DNA of 64,000 nt from Eledone cirrhosa. Its lineage: Eukaryota. The position numbers and the translations under genes are program-made. The notes beneath the pieces are model-generated. The model saw only the letters and a list, made by a program, of their open reading frames with translations, did no database searches and had not been told where the DNA came from. This document shows positions 28,800 to 41,076 of the stretch, in pieces (the stretch's first letter is position 1; each line of letters starts with the position of its first letter). The stretch is from the NCBI GenBank assembly GCA_964016885.1, contig OZ024743.1:330088001-330152000 (forward strand). The letters are read 5' to 3'.

Positions 28800-29700
28800 G
28801 CGTGTGTATTAAGGGGTGAATTAAGAAAGGATAACCCTATGAGTTAATGATTGTGCAAGCGATTTTGTGCAGAGTTCCTATGGTGATGAGATCAGTAGAT
28901 ATGATGACAAGAGGGGATATAGAGAAAAGGAGAAGACATTACGTGTCTGTAGGTTGTAACGTGTTAATGAGAGAATGTTTACCAATTAACTGGTAAGTCT
29001 ATTGTTTAGACATTGTCGAGGATGTTTTCAAAAATAGCAACAGCCGCAGGAATAGCAGTGCATAGCAAATATGTGGGGAGTTCACCTACGTAGGTTTTCT
29101 TTGAGTTGCAAAGAGCTTAAGTATTTTCTGGCTCCTAAAATGTACATCTAGTGCTTGGGGTGAGTAAGTTTGACATAAGGATAATCATAACGGCATTATC
29201 ATTCTAAGCCTTTCACTGACTTATTTTTTTTTTGGGGGGGGGGGGGCGTTTCCAGACCTGGAAATGGAATGTGGTTATGAAAAGATAATTTTCTACCAAC
29301 TTGGAGGACTTCAGTTAAGCTTGTAGAGGAATCTGAGAAGGGAGGCGCTGATGAGGAAGATGCTTTCCATCTATAATTTTCAGAAGACGGGATGCTGAAC
29401 AGGTGGGTGTGATACACGCTTATACTGTAGAAGAGGGTGATGATAAAGAGAGAGGAGCTGAAGAAGAGGGTGCTATCATCCAAAGGCTACAGAGGAGGAG
29501 GGATGCCAATAAAGGTGGTAGCTGAAGAGTGATGTGTTGAATCGGAAGGTACTATCATTCGTAGATTGCAGAGGTGGGGGATGCTACCTACAGCAGGCAA
29601 TAATAACCTCCAGACCACAGACGCCACGTGGAAATAGACATCGACCCACACATCCGACCCACACATACTCAAACTCTGGTAATTTTACAGACACTGAGGC
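28800..29700 (-). mobile_element. Highly decayed CR1/L2-group LINE fragment
   Basis: DDSTL RT motif and downstream LINE-like residues, GC-richer than its flanks. Confidence 0.5.
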
Positions 29701-29751
29701 TTATTAACAGCGAGCAAAGAGCACATGTACAAGGGTGCACAGATATTGAGA

Positions 29752-30935
29752 GCTCTCAAGCAACCACAAACATAGTTTTAAAAATGCTGCATTAGCTAAT
29801 ACAACATCCTTGGCTGAAACAATTAATAATTATAGAAAAAAGAATATCGATTACAACCTGTCCTGGAGTGTGCTCAAAAGGGCCACCCTTATCAAAATAA
29901 CAGATATGAGTGTAGATTATGCTCCCAGGAACTTTTTGAAATAATGAAATCTAAGGATATCCTATTAAATAAGCGACAAGAATTAATTATATCTTGCAAT
30001 CATAGAATTAGAAGAACCTTCAAATATTATAAACCTAATTAATATACACCTTACACTTATATTTTACATATTATTATAATTAGTTTTTTTAAATTTAGTT
30101 AACCTATAATTAGTACTTTACTACAGAGAACTTCATAATTTTATTTCCCTCTTACAGCTCTCTTTTCCTAAAATTAATACCTAAAAGTATACCTATAAAT
30201 TAATTTAATTTCCTGTTATGCTTCTAAATTCCTTGTAGTATATATAAGATTGGTATTTCTCACTACTACCCTTATCCCAAAGTTTTATTTTCCTTCGTGT
30301 TTAACAATATTCTTTAATAACATCTAATTCTTATTTATCACATCCATATGAATTAATATAAATTTATCCCTATAAGTATACATATCAATTAATTTAATTT
30401 CTTGTTATAGATCTAGATTCTAGTTTAAATAAGATTGGTATTTCTCACTAATACCCTTACCCTAAAATTTTACTTTCCTTCGTTTTTAACATTCTTTAAT
30501 AACATCAAATTTTCGTGTACCCTTCACCGGCTTAACCTCTTTTCATCCCCAAAGTATTCTTTTCATTCAAAGTATTCTTTCCATTCAAAACATAAGTCTG
30601 CACCCCTCTACCCCTAAATTAAATTTCTACTACTACTATTCTATCAACTTGACCTCTTACTACTTTTCTATTGGTCAATTCAAAACCTGTTCGCAAATAG
30701 ACCTATTATATTAAATCTTTGTTGGTTTTTTTCAATAAACAAATCTCATCATTTCTGAAGACAGCATATATATGTGAAGGTATGTATATCTCCTCTGATA
30801 GTTTGTAATATTTTTACATAGATCTGTATGATATACATACCAACACACATATATATGCTAGAAACGATCGTAAAATGATGAATTGTTTAATATAAGGAAC
30901 TTGTTCTTTGTTTTTATTCATTGTTTTTATTAATT
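29752..30935 (+). mobile_element. 5'-truncated Penelope-like element: frameshifted GIY-YIG endonuclease C-terminus (29752-30042) plus 3' UTR/pLTR with hammerhead
   Basis: Translates as NHKHSFKNAALANTTSLAETI..YNLSWSVLKR / PYQNNRYECRLCSQELFEI..LLNKRQELIISCNH, like the PLE endonuclease at 55120. Ends in (TA)n. Confidence 0.85.
30746..30881 (+). ncRNA. Type I hammerhead ribozyme (PLE pLTR), long stem II, palindromic stem III
   Basis: UCAUCAUUU-CUGAAGA-(AGCAUAUAUAUGUG...CACAUAUAUAUGCU)-A-GAAAC-GAUC-GUA-AAAUGAUGA. Confidence 0.85.
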
Positions 30936-30957
30936 TATATATATATATATATATATA

Positions 30958-33840
30958 TATGTATTAAAATATAGAGAAAAATACTGCAAGTAGCACATGG
31001 TAACATGTAATAAAATAAGTCCCTCATCAGTGATTTGCCGAAGATCATAGATATTTCATTGCATTAAAAATCATATATCTCACTTCGGTGCAATAATAAC
31101 CAAAATAAGTTATTAGGACAATTAAAACGCGTAAAGCGAGTGAGACAGGAGAACAACAGAAAATATAGCATACCGTAGGGGAGAAACAAGCTTCAAAAAT
31201 TATTCTGTTTAGCATAAGCTAGGTGAATATATGAGCGCTTAGAGAATAGTACCAACACGAACGAAGGCTATTGAGCAGAGAGAGAAAAAATAGCGTTCGT
31301 GAGTGCAGGATGAAATGAAGAGAAGAGGGAGAAAAACAGTGAGTGAGTGAAAGTGTGAGGAAGAGTTAACGGACAAGACAGAGGGGGAGAAACAGAGAGA
31401 ATGGGGGAACAGTAAGAGAGAAAAAAACACAGAATCGCAGTGGTAAATATATGTATTAAAATATAGAGAAAAATACTGCAGGTAGCACATGGTAACATGT
31501 AATAAAATAAGTCCCTCATCAGTGATTTGCCGAAGATCATAGATATTTCATTGCATTAAAAATCATATATCTCACTTCGGTGCAATAATAACCAAAATAA
31601 GTTATTAGGACAATTAAAACACGTAAAGCGAGTGAGACAGGAGAACAACAGAAAATATAGCATACCGTAGGGGAGAAACAAGCTTCAAAAATTATTCTGT
31701 TTAGCATAAGCTAGGTGAATATATGAGCGCTTAGAGAATAGTACCAACACGAACGAAGGCTATTGAGCAGAGAGAGAAAAAATAGCGTTCGTGAGTGCAG
31801 GATGAAATGAAGAGAAGAGGGAGAAAAACAGTGAGTGAGTGAAAGTGTGAGGAAGAGTTAACGGACAAGACAGAGGGGGAGAAACAGAGAGAATGGGGGA
31901 ACAGTAAGAGAGAGAGAAAAAAACACAGAATTGCAGTGGTAAATATATGTATTAAAATATAGAGAAAAATACTGCAGGTAGCACATGGTAACATGTAATA
32001 AAATAAGTCCCTCATCAGTGATTTGCCGAAGATCATAGATATTTCATTGCATTAAAAATCATATATCTCACTTCGGTGCAATAATAACCAAAATAAGTTA
32101 TTAGGACAATTAAAACGCGTAAAGCGAGTGAGACAGGAGAACAACAGAAAATATAGCATACCGTAGGGGAGAAACAAGCTTCAAAAATTATTCTGTTTAG
32201 CATAAGCTAGGTGAATATATGAGCGCTTAGAGAATAGTACCAACACGAACGAAGGCTATTGAGCAGAGAGAGAAAAAATAGCGTTCGTGAGTGCAGGATG
32301 AAATGAAGAGAAGAGGGAGAAAAACAGTGAGTGAGTGAAAGTGTGAGGAAGAGTTAACGGACAAGACAGAGGGGGAGAAACAGAGAGAATGGGGGAACAG
32401 TAAGAGAGAGAGAAAAAACACAGAATCGCAGTGGTAAATATATGTATTAAAATATAGAGAAAAATACTGCAGGTAGCACATGGTAACATGTAATAAAATA
32501 AGTCCCTCATCAGTGATTTGCCGAAGATCATAGATATTTCATTGCATTAAAAATCATATATCTCACTTCGGTGCAATAATAACCAAAATAAGTTATTAGG
32601 ACAATTAAAACGCGTAAAGCGGGTGAGACAGGAGAACAACAGAAAATATAGCATACCGTAGGGGAGAAACAAGCTTCAAAAATTATTCTGTTTAGCATAA
32701 GCTAGGTGAATATATGAGCGCTTAGAGAATAGTACCAACACGAACGAAGGCTATTGAGCAGAGAGAGAAAAAATAGCGTTCGTGAGTGCAGGATGAAATG
32801 AAGAGAAGAGGGAGAAAAACAGTGAGTGAGTGAAAGTGTGAGGAAGAGTTAACGGACAAGACAGAGGGGGAGAAACAGACAGAATGGGGGAACAGTAAGA
32901 GAGAGAGAAAAAAAACACAGAATCGCAGTGGTAAATATATGTATTAAAATATAGAGAAAAATACTGCAGGTAGCACATGGTAACATGTAATAAAATAAGT
33001 CCCTCATCAGTGATTTGCCGAAGATCATAGATATTTCATTGCATTAAAAATCATATATCTCACTTCGGTGCAATAATAACCAAAATAAGTTATTAGGACA
33101 ATTAAAACGCGTAAAGCGAGTGAGACAGGAGAACAACAGAAAATATAGCATACCGTAGGGGAGAAACAAGCTTCAAAAATTATTCTGTTTAGCATAAGCT
33201 AGGTGAATATATGAGCTCTTAGAGAATAGTACCAACACGAACGAAGGCTATTGAGCAGAGAGAGAAAAAATAGCGTTCGTGAGTGCAGGATGAAATGAAG
33301 AGAAGAGGGAGAAAAACAGTGAGTGAGTGAAAGTGTGAGGAAGAGTTAACGGACAAGACAGAGGGGGAGAAACAGAGAGAATGGGGGAACAGTAAGAGAG
33401 AGAGAAAAAAACACAGAATCGCAGTGGTAAATATATGTATTAAAATATAGAGAAAAATACTGCAGGTAGCACATGGTAACATGTAATAAAATAAGTCCCT
33501 CATCAGTGATTTGCCGAAGATCATAGATATTTCATTGCATTAAAAATCATATATCTCACTTCGGTGCAATAATAACCAAAATAAGTTATTAGGACAATTA
33601 AAACGCGTAAAGCGAGTGAGACAGGGGAACAACAGAAAATATAGCATACCGTAGGGGAGAAACAAGCTTCAAAAATTATTCTGTTTAGCATAAGCTAGGT
33701 GAATATATGAGCGCTTAGAGAATAGTACCAACACGAACGAAGGCTATTGAGCAGAGAGAGAAAAAATAGCGTTCGTGAGTGCAGGATGAAATGAAGAGAA
33801 GAGGGAGAAAAACAGTGAGTGAGTGAAAGTGTGAGGAAGA
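30958..33840 (-). mobile_element. Tandem array of ~5.8 near-identical 492-497 bp non-coding units, retrozyme-like, one permuted hammerhead per unit, flanked by (TA)n
   Basis: TCATCAG (CUGAUGA on minus) recurs at 31024, 31516, 32012, 32507, 33004, 33500. Units differ mainly in (AG)n/A-run length. The minus strand is pyrimidine-rich with no credible ORF. TA repeats lie on both sides. Confidence 0.85.
31019..31119 (-). ncRNA. Permuted, pseudoknotted, kink-turn-containing hammerhead-like ribozyme (first of six copies)
   Basis: Minus strand reads GUCC..UUGCA CCGAAG U GA GAUAU A/UGAUU UUUAA UGCAA U GAA AUAUC UAU GA U CUUCGG CA AAUCA CUGAUGA G GGAC. Predicted cleavage between 31074 and 31073. Confidence 0.75.
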
Positions 33841-34083
33841 TATATATATATTTCAGCCATTTATATTTTTATATATTTTTATATCTGTATATCTGTTTGA
33901 CCCGAAATAGGCGATCGAATTTTCGCTGTGTGGATGATTAGTTTAACCACCATCTCAGTGTGTTTGGCATTTAACGTAAGTTGTAAGCTCTAATTCATAT
34001 GAATTATCGAGCGCTTGCCACACAACTCGGAAGTGATTCTCGTTAATTCCTGAGCTGAAATTCGATTCTCGCTAATTTTTACT

Positions 34084-34135
<52 letters not shown>

Positions 34136-34591
34136 GTGAGAGAGAGAGAGAGTGTGTGTGTGTGTGATCCCGAGTTAGATTGGGGGTAACCACAATTAAA
34201 AAGGTACGCAATACATTAGTAGAGTGTAAACATCATTATTTAATATATAAATGGCCTTTACAAGACATTCGTATGTTTTATTTGTATGAAATCATGAGGT
34301 GTGCCCTGTTCTAGTCTTGTAAAAGCCATTTATATATTAAATAATTGTTTCTACTTTTGGCACAAGGCCAGCAATAATCCCAGTGCATTACTGGCACTTC
34401 GACCCCGTAAGAATGAAAGGCAAAGATAACCTCGGCGGGATTTGAACTCAGATCATAAAGGGACGTAACTCTATGCTTCAAATCATGGCGTCCGACCTTC
34501 GACCGATACTGCCAATCCAATGATGTTTACACTCTACTAATGTATTGAGTACCTGTTTAACTGTGGTTACGCCCAATCTAACTCGGGATCA

Positions 34592-34671
<80 letters not shown>

Positions 34672-35795
34672 GTGCATATATGCACATGTATATATACACG
34701 GGCATATATACACGGACATGTATACACAACTATGTAACTACACGGTGTGTACGTCAGCTGTTTATGCAAATTACTTACGCGAAAACCAGCTGGAGCAAAT
34801 GACACAGATTTCTAGCTCTGGTTTATAGTTTACGCCTTTTCAAATTACATTTAAGCTCGGTTAATATTGTTTTGCTTCAAACTGTCTTTACCAACCTATC
34901 TTCTTCATTATCACCATTGTTGCTGGTGCCGTCGCCATTTTCTTTTTTGGCTGTGAACATGACTGTTGAAATTTGTCGTTTCTTTATTTTATGTTATTTT
35001 TCAGTTTTTTTTTTGTTTGTGTTGTTTTATTTGTTTCAAAGAATGAAAGAAAAAAAATTTTGTAACGTTAATTTCATTATCGAAGCCTAATAGATCATAT
35101 TTTGTGATTAAAAGATCATCTGCTTACATCCGGGTTATTAGTGATGTCACATCAGTGACGTCATCAACATTCCATTACAGAGCAGAGAATTAATTATTGT
35201 TGAGGTTTTACAAACAGCAGTGTTTGTGTTTGTGTTGTGATAAACTCATCTGACTGACTGCCGGACTTTTACGTATCTAATATATGTATAAGATCACCGG
35301 ATGTATTGGTTGGTCTGACGTCATGTCTGATAAGAGAGAGAGGGGGGGGGGAGGATTAACATATGGCTTGAAGGAGAAGTACATATACGGAACAGGGAGG
35401 AGGGTAAAGTATGGGAGAGAGAGAGAGAGGCGAAAGAACATTGAAATGAGAATGTGCACGTACGTACGTACTCCTTCCCATACACTCACACACTCACTCA
35501 CACACGGACACACACTCACGCACTGCACACATACACACATACGTTCACACACACGTTCACACATACAAAAGTAAAAATTGTCTATTGACTATTTGTATAA
35601 AGTTTCTGTTTCTTTCCTCCTTTTTTAACGAATGGAAAATCTACACATAAAATAGACATGGTATATATATTATAGAATATATTCAAAGGATATGCACAAA
35701 GAATATACACAATTACAGAATATATGTAATTGAATATACACATAGAAAAATAATATTCCTTCTCTCAATTTCTTTTCACTCCTTATTCTCAAATT

Positions 35796-35895
35796 AGAGT
35801 TTCGCCTGTTTGTCACAGAGTCATTAGACGACACTGTGACAAACAGGCGAAACTCCAGGGTAACAGGACTCACTATTCTGCCTTAATATAATGAA
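35796..35895 (+). mobile_element. pLTR-like fold-back with 3' half hammerhead; related copy at ~7486-7545 (minus)
   Basis: Hairpin GAGTTTCGCCTGTTTGTCACAG/CTGTGACAAACAGGCGAAACTC. The 7.5-kb copy reads GAAAC-UCUAGA-GUA-ACAAGACUCAC on the minus strand. Confidence 0.55.
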
Positions 35896-35956
35896 TATTA
35901 ACATTCTACATCGGTATTGAATACTCTTTTCTCTCAGCCGTCAACCACATTCTGAT

Positions 35957-36515
35957 GGGATAACAACTTATCGTTATACGTAATCCAGTTAGAGGTGGTG
36001 AGTGCTCTGTGTCGTGGATAGTTTTAACGTACAGCTTTTTTTGACTCAACAAGATGCTTCCATAGTTATGCAGAGAGTTCGCTGTAATTTCTATGCAGGT
36101 TATACTTGGATTAATAATAGTTAAAGAATGAAGATTAACTTGGTTGGCTGTACAATAAGGGGCTTTATTTAAAGTACTGACAATTGTTTCGTTGATCAGG
36201 TGTGTCTAGAGTTCGTTAATCGCTTGAGGTTGCGTCAATCGATCTCCAATACATTATTCACCTCTGGTCAACACATCAGAGTATGTAGATATGAAAATAG
36301 TTCACTCGAGGCAAGACTTATATAGAAAAATACGCTATTTTTCTCTATAAGTCTTGCCTCGAGTGAATTACTTTCATATCTACGTACTCTGATGTGTTGA
36401 CCAGAGGTGAATAATGTATTGGAGATCGATTGACGCAACCTCAAGCGATTAGCGAACTCTAGACCCACATGATCAACGAAACAATTGTCAGTACTTTAAA
36501 TAAAGCCCTTATTGC
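35957..36515 (-). mobile_element. PLE pLTR (minus) with inverted partial copy, giving two hammerheads (36174-36284 minus, 36384-36494 plus)
   Basis: ~36152-36330 and ~36335-36515 are inverted repeats, and the region is homologous to 58810-59150. GUACU-CUGAUGU-GUUGA..UCAAC-GAAAC-AAUU-GUC-AGUAC. Confidence 0.85.
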
Positions 36516-39170
36516 AGTGTGCACCTTTTCGAGAGCACCGTGATCATCTGTCCCGTTAGCGGCCATCAGCACGATGTAATCTGCGTAGGCCAGGTCCGTC
36601 ACCACGACCCCTCTCCCGATTTCTACGCTCAGGTAATCCCGCAGCGCTGTGTTGAGAGTGTAGTCAATGGCGTAGTTAAAGAGAGTTGGCGATAGCGCAC
36701 ACCCCTGCCGAACACCGATCCCAACATCGAACGACTCCGTCTCCCCACCATAGATCCTCAATCGAGCCCGAGTCAACCGGTAGTAGCCTTGTATGAGATG
36801 AAGCAGCTTCACTGGGATGCCGTCCGCCTCCATTATACGCCATAGGGCTTCCCGATCACCCGAGTCGAAAGCAGCTGCAAAGTCGATGAAGCAGAGGACG
36901 GTAGGCTCTTGATGTACCCACCGTTGTTCCAGGACACGCCGGAGAAGGAAGATTTGATCAACGCACCCCCTCCCCGGAGGGAAGCCGCCCTGAGAAGGAC
37001 GGGTACGGACATCAACAGAAGAATTGCGAAGGTTTTGGCAGCAACGTCAATTAAACTGATACCCCTGTAGTTGGAACACAGTTTCCTGTCGCCTTTTTTG
37101 AAGAAGGATAGGAGAGTTGCCTCGCTCCAGTCACCAGGGAACCGCTCCGTCGCCCACACCGAGGAGAAGACTCGATGGAGCCAAGCTGCGAAGAAATCAG
37201 GCTCGGCCTTGTAGACCTCAGCTGGAACGCCATCTTCGCCCGGCGCCTTGTTGTTCCGGAGATGTGTCAGGACACTACGTACCTTCTCGACCGTTGGAGG
37301 GGTAGTGCTGCACCCGTATTCTTCTCCGGAAGGCTGCACGTAGGTTGGCGTGGATGGTGGAGGGTGGTTGAGCAGCTCGGAAAAATGGTCCCGCCATCGG
37401 ACTAGCCGGTCATTAAAATTGGTAATAACCGCCCCGTTCCGATCACAGATCGTCTCGCTGATACGCGTACTGCTTCGGCTGGCCCACTTCACCAGTTGGT
37501 AGAGCTTGCGCGAGTCACCACAGGCTGCTTCCCTCTCTGTCTGCCCCGCAAATTCGCGCCAGTCTGCATTCCGATCGGCCCTAATAGCCCGAGCTGTACA
37601 ACGTCGGAGATCTCGAAGATTGGGTGCACCCTCGAGTTGGGCCACTCTCGCCCTCTCCGCGAGTTCAAGAGTGCCGCTGGAGATCCAGTCCCGATGGCGT
37701 CTTCGGGTCGACCGAGATGTTCCCTGGCCACCTCAACCGTCGCCGCTCTGAGCGCGTTCCACTCCTGCTCCGGTTGCTGTTCCACTTCGTTACTCAGCAT
37801 TTGGAATCGGTTTCGCAACTCTAGCCGGAAAGCATTTCCAGCATCGAGCTTGAGTCGCGAGATGTCGATCCTTTTCTGGCCGTTGGGAGGTGGTTTCGCC
37901 CGCAGCCGCAGACGAAGGATTGCTCGAACAAGAGTATGGTCTGACTCATGCTCACAGCCCATATCAGCCCCCCGATACGCACGCGAGTCCATCACTGAGC
38001 TGGCCCACCAAGATCTGACCAGGATGTAGTCAATTTGATTGGCCGTTCTTCCGTCATTGGCTTTCCACGTGACGAGATGACGCCAAGGATGTAGGAACCG
38101 GGTGTTGATGACGATAAGACGATTGGCATCCGCGAAGGACACGAGCCGTTCACCATTGTCACAGCGTGCGCCTAGGGTGAAGCGTCCTAGTATATGCCGT
38201 GTTGTATCATCAGCCGCGCATTCCAGTCCCCAGCGACAATGAGAACATCACTGGAGGGGACGCCAGCCACGGTTATTTGGAGATGGGCATAGAACTGCGT
38301 CTTGTCCGCCTCGTCCGCATTGAGTGTGGGAGCGTAGACGGCAATTACGCTGACGTTGGAGATTTGACCCTTCAATCGAACCAGCGCGATTCGGTGTGAG
38401 ATCGGCTGCCACGCCAGCAGAGCCGCTTGCGTGTCGAGGCTGAGCGCTACAGCGACCCCGTGAAGGCCACTGTTGTCACTCACGCCACTATGGTATACGT
38501 GGTAGGAGATGTCCTCGCCAGGAACTTTGATCGGAAGATTACCAACATCGGGGAGCGAACTTCTGATAGGCAAGCGACACTAACGCAGTACCTGTGCAGA
38601 GCCTTCATTGTAAGTGCCTGGACACCGTCGTCACGAAGTGTTCGGACGTTCCAGCACGCCACCCTCAATTCCTTCCTTCGTCTGAAGAGCGGGACTACTG
38701 CGGGAGTAGTCTGTAGAGCCATAGCGGTAGGAGCGCTGTTACTTTGCATTGCGTTCGTAGCAGGAAGGCAATTCGTATTCATAGTTCTTATTTGTAGGAT
38801 TCATGGAAGAAGTGTCATGGGAGTAGTGAATTCACAAGCGGTCCCCCAAAAAACCCGAACGAGGGGAAAAAACGTCCTGTTTGCCGCAGATTCTCCACAG
38901 ACGCAGGGACAGAAACGACCCGAAGCCGCCGGTTACCGGAACATACACCTCTTGGATTTTCACCAGAGCCCCTTTTGCCGGGTTGCGACCCTAATACCGC
39001 TGGGTGCCAGACCAATCTGCCTTGGGTAGCCTTACCAGGAACCGAAGTTCCCGACGGCATAACCCTGACCCGTTGCCACTGCCCTGCCACGTTGAGGAGG
39101 GGTTGGACTTTAGCTCACACCTATGCAGGTTTAGCTGGCCTCCTCCAAGGTATATCTCACCTTTGGTGAT
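36515..39170 (-). mobile_element. RTE-clade LINE: 5' UTR, APE endonuclease and RT to just past the YADD-like motif; frameshifted, 3' end missing
   Basis: ACWNVRTL, LSEVR, YAPT, GDWNA, NQIDYILV, SDHTLV, KAPGEDG, NYRGISL, GVRQGCALSPTLFN, LAYADY. Confidence 0.95.
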
Positions 39171-39674
39171 TTAATGATAAGACCCCAGTCCTATCATCTC
39201 ATTTCTACAGCTGAGTAAACTAGAGCAACGTGAAATAAGGTGTCTTGCTCAAGGAAACAACACTTCACCCGGTCCGAGAATCGAACTCACAACCTTTCGA
39301 TTGCAAGCTCAATGCTCTCACCACTAAGCCATGCTCCTTCACTTCATGTAATGCCCAATGCTAATTCGTAAATTTCATAGAAACCATTAATAGAATCGGA
39401 ATTTTTTTGTCCACAGCAATGCGAGGTGACTAACTAATGTCTGTTGCAAATTTCGAGGAATTCAGCTGGGTTGTCTTTAAGTGACGTCTCAAAATAGCCT
39501 AAAAATGCCTTTAAAATGCGTTTTTTTTCCCTAATAGGGTAGAAAAAGTCAAAATTTTTTAGCCATTGCACTTCAAGAAATATAAGTAACGCATGTGTAA
39601 AGTTACTTTACACTTGCGGTCGGGTACTTTTAGGGATTTACACACACAGACATATTCTGTTATATATATATATA

Positions 39675-39860
39675 GGGCGGTCGATTGGCAGTATCGGTAG
39701 AGGGTCAGACGCCATGCTTTCCAGCATAGTTACGTCCCTTTACGATCTGAGTTCAAATCCCGCCGAGGTTGACTTTGCCTTTCGTCCTTACGGGGTCGAT
39801 AAAATAAAGTACCAGTAATGCACTGGGTAATTGCTGGACTTGTGCCTAAAGTAGAAACAG

Positions 39861-39862
<2 letters not shown>
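39675..39862 (+). mobile_element. tRNA-derived SINE, major family; copies at ~305-443(-), 7306-7485(+), 12058-12240(+), 14100-14260(+), 20180-20336(-), 20360-20565(-), 20611-20830(+), 22660-22875(+), 34341-34518(-), 41806-41998(-), 53345-53512(-), 53845-54060(-), 58248-58432(-), 61220-61412(+)
   Basis: A-box TGGCAGTATCGG, B-box GAGTTCAAATCC, conserved GCCTTTCATCCTTACGGGGTCGATAAAATAAAGTACCAG domain, AATTAT tail. Confidence 0.9.
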
Positions 39863-39900
<38 letters not shown>

Positions 39901-40359
39901 TTTAGCACAGCATCAACGAAGCTTTTGGATGCAGCCAAGCTAACGAATGCAGTTTCGGCGTGCAGCTAAGCACTCAATAGGGAATATAACCCCTAAAGTT
40001 ATAACATTACGTTTAGACAGCTTTGCAAATCAAATACAGCGACCGATACACGGGCCGCAGGGAAAATAGCGACGAAGAAAACCGAACTCAGGAAAAATGT
40101 TTGACAGACCTGGACCATCGCGTCGACATCATAGACAACACATAATATATACCATATAATATACATCACATATAATATATAACATCTCCGCTCGGTTTCT
40201 GTAAATCCGAAATCGACAAAATCCACTTACAAGGGTCTGCAGAATGTAAGTAGAAGGGATATTCAATTTGTTGGTAATTCAACAAATATAAATGTTCGGT
40301 TCTAACTGTCAAAACGGCTAAAGCTCAGCCGTCGGGGCCCTGACTCTTTTCATATAGAA

Positions 40360-40396
<37 letters not shown>

Positions 40397-40638
40397 ATGC
40401 ATATATATATATGTATATGTGTGTGTGTGTGTGTGTAAATGTGTGTATGTATGTGTGTGTTCATATAAAGATAGACCTCTAGAAAACTACAGAGAGTTGG
40501 CTGTGTGCTGTGCAATATATAGTGGCAAGCTAATGTCATTGACCTCAGCTTGTGCCAGCTAATGTTATATGATAGTGAGAGACGCACATACACACATATA
40601 GACACTGTTACACACACACACACATATATATATCGGCA

Positions 40639-40675
<37 letters not shown>

Positions 40676-40682
40676 CGGCATG

Positions 40683-40740
<58 letters not shown>

Positions 40741-40842
40741 TACATAGCTATATAGACATGCACATACATACATACACACATATGCAGTCACAGTTACACA
40801 CATACACATATAGAATATAGGCTGACACACCTTATGCATATG

Positions 40843-40895
<53 letters not shown>

Positions 40896-40954
40896 CAAAT
40901 ACATATATATGCACACACATGTACATAATGTACATATATATATACATAATATAT

Positions 40955-41029
<75 letters not shown>

Positions 41030-41040
41030 TGCTAAACCTT

Positions 41041-41076
<36 letters not shown>

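Noticed and set aside
31019-31119. Alternative reading as box C/D snoRNA, HDV-like or pistol ribozyme
   Set aside because: No box D placed to close a C/D RNA and no HDV or pistol core. The hammerhead assignment explains all invariant nucleotides and covarying helices.
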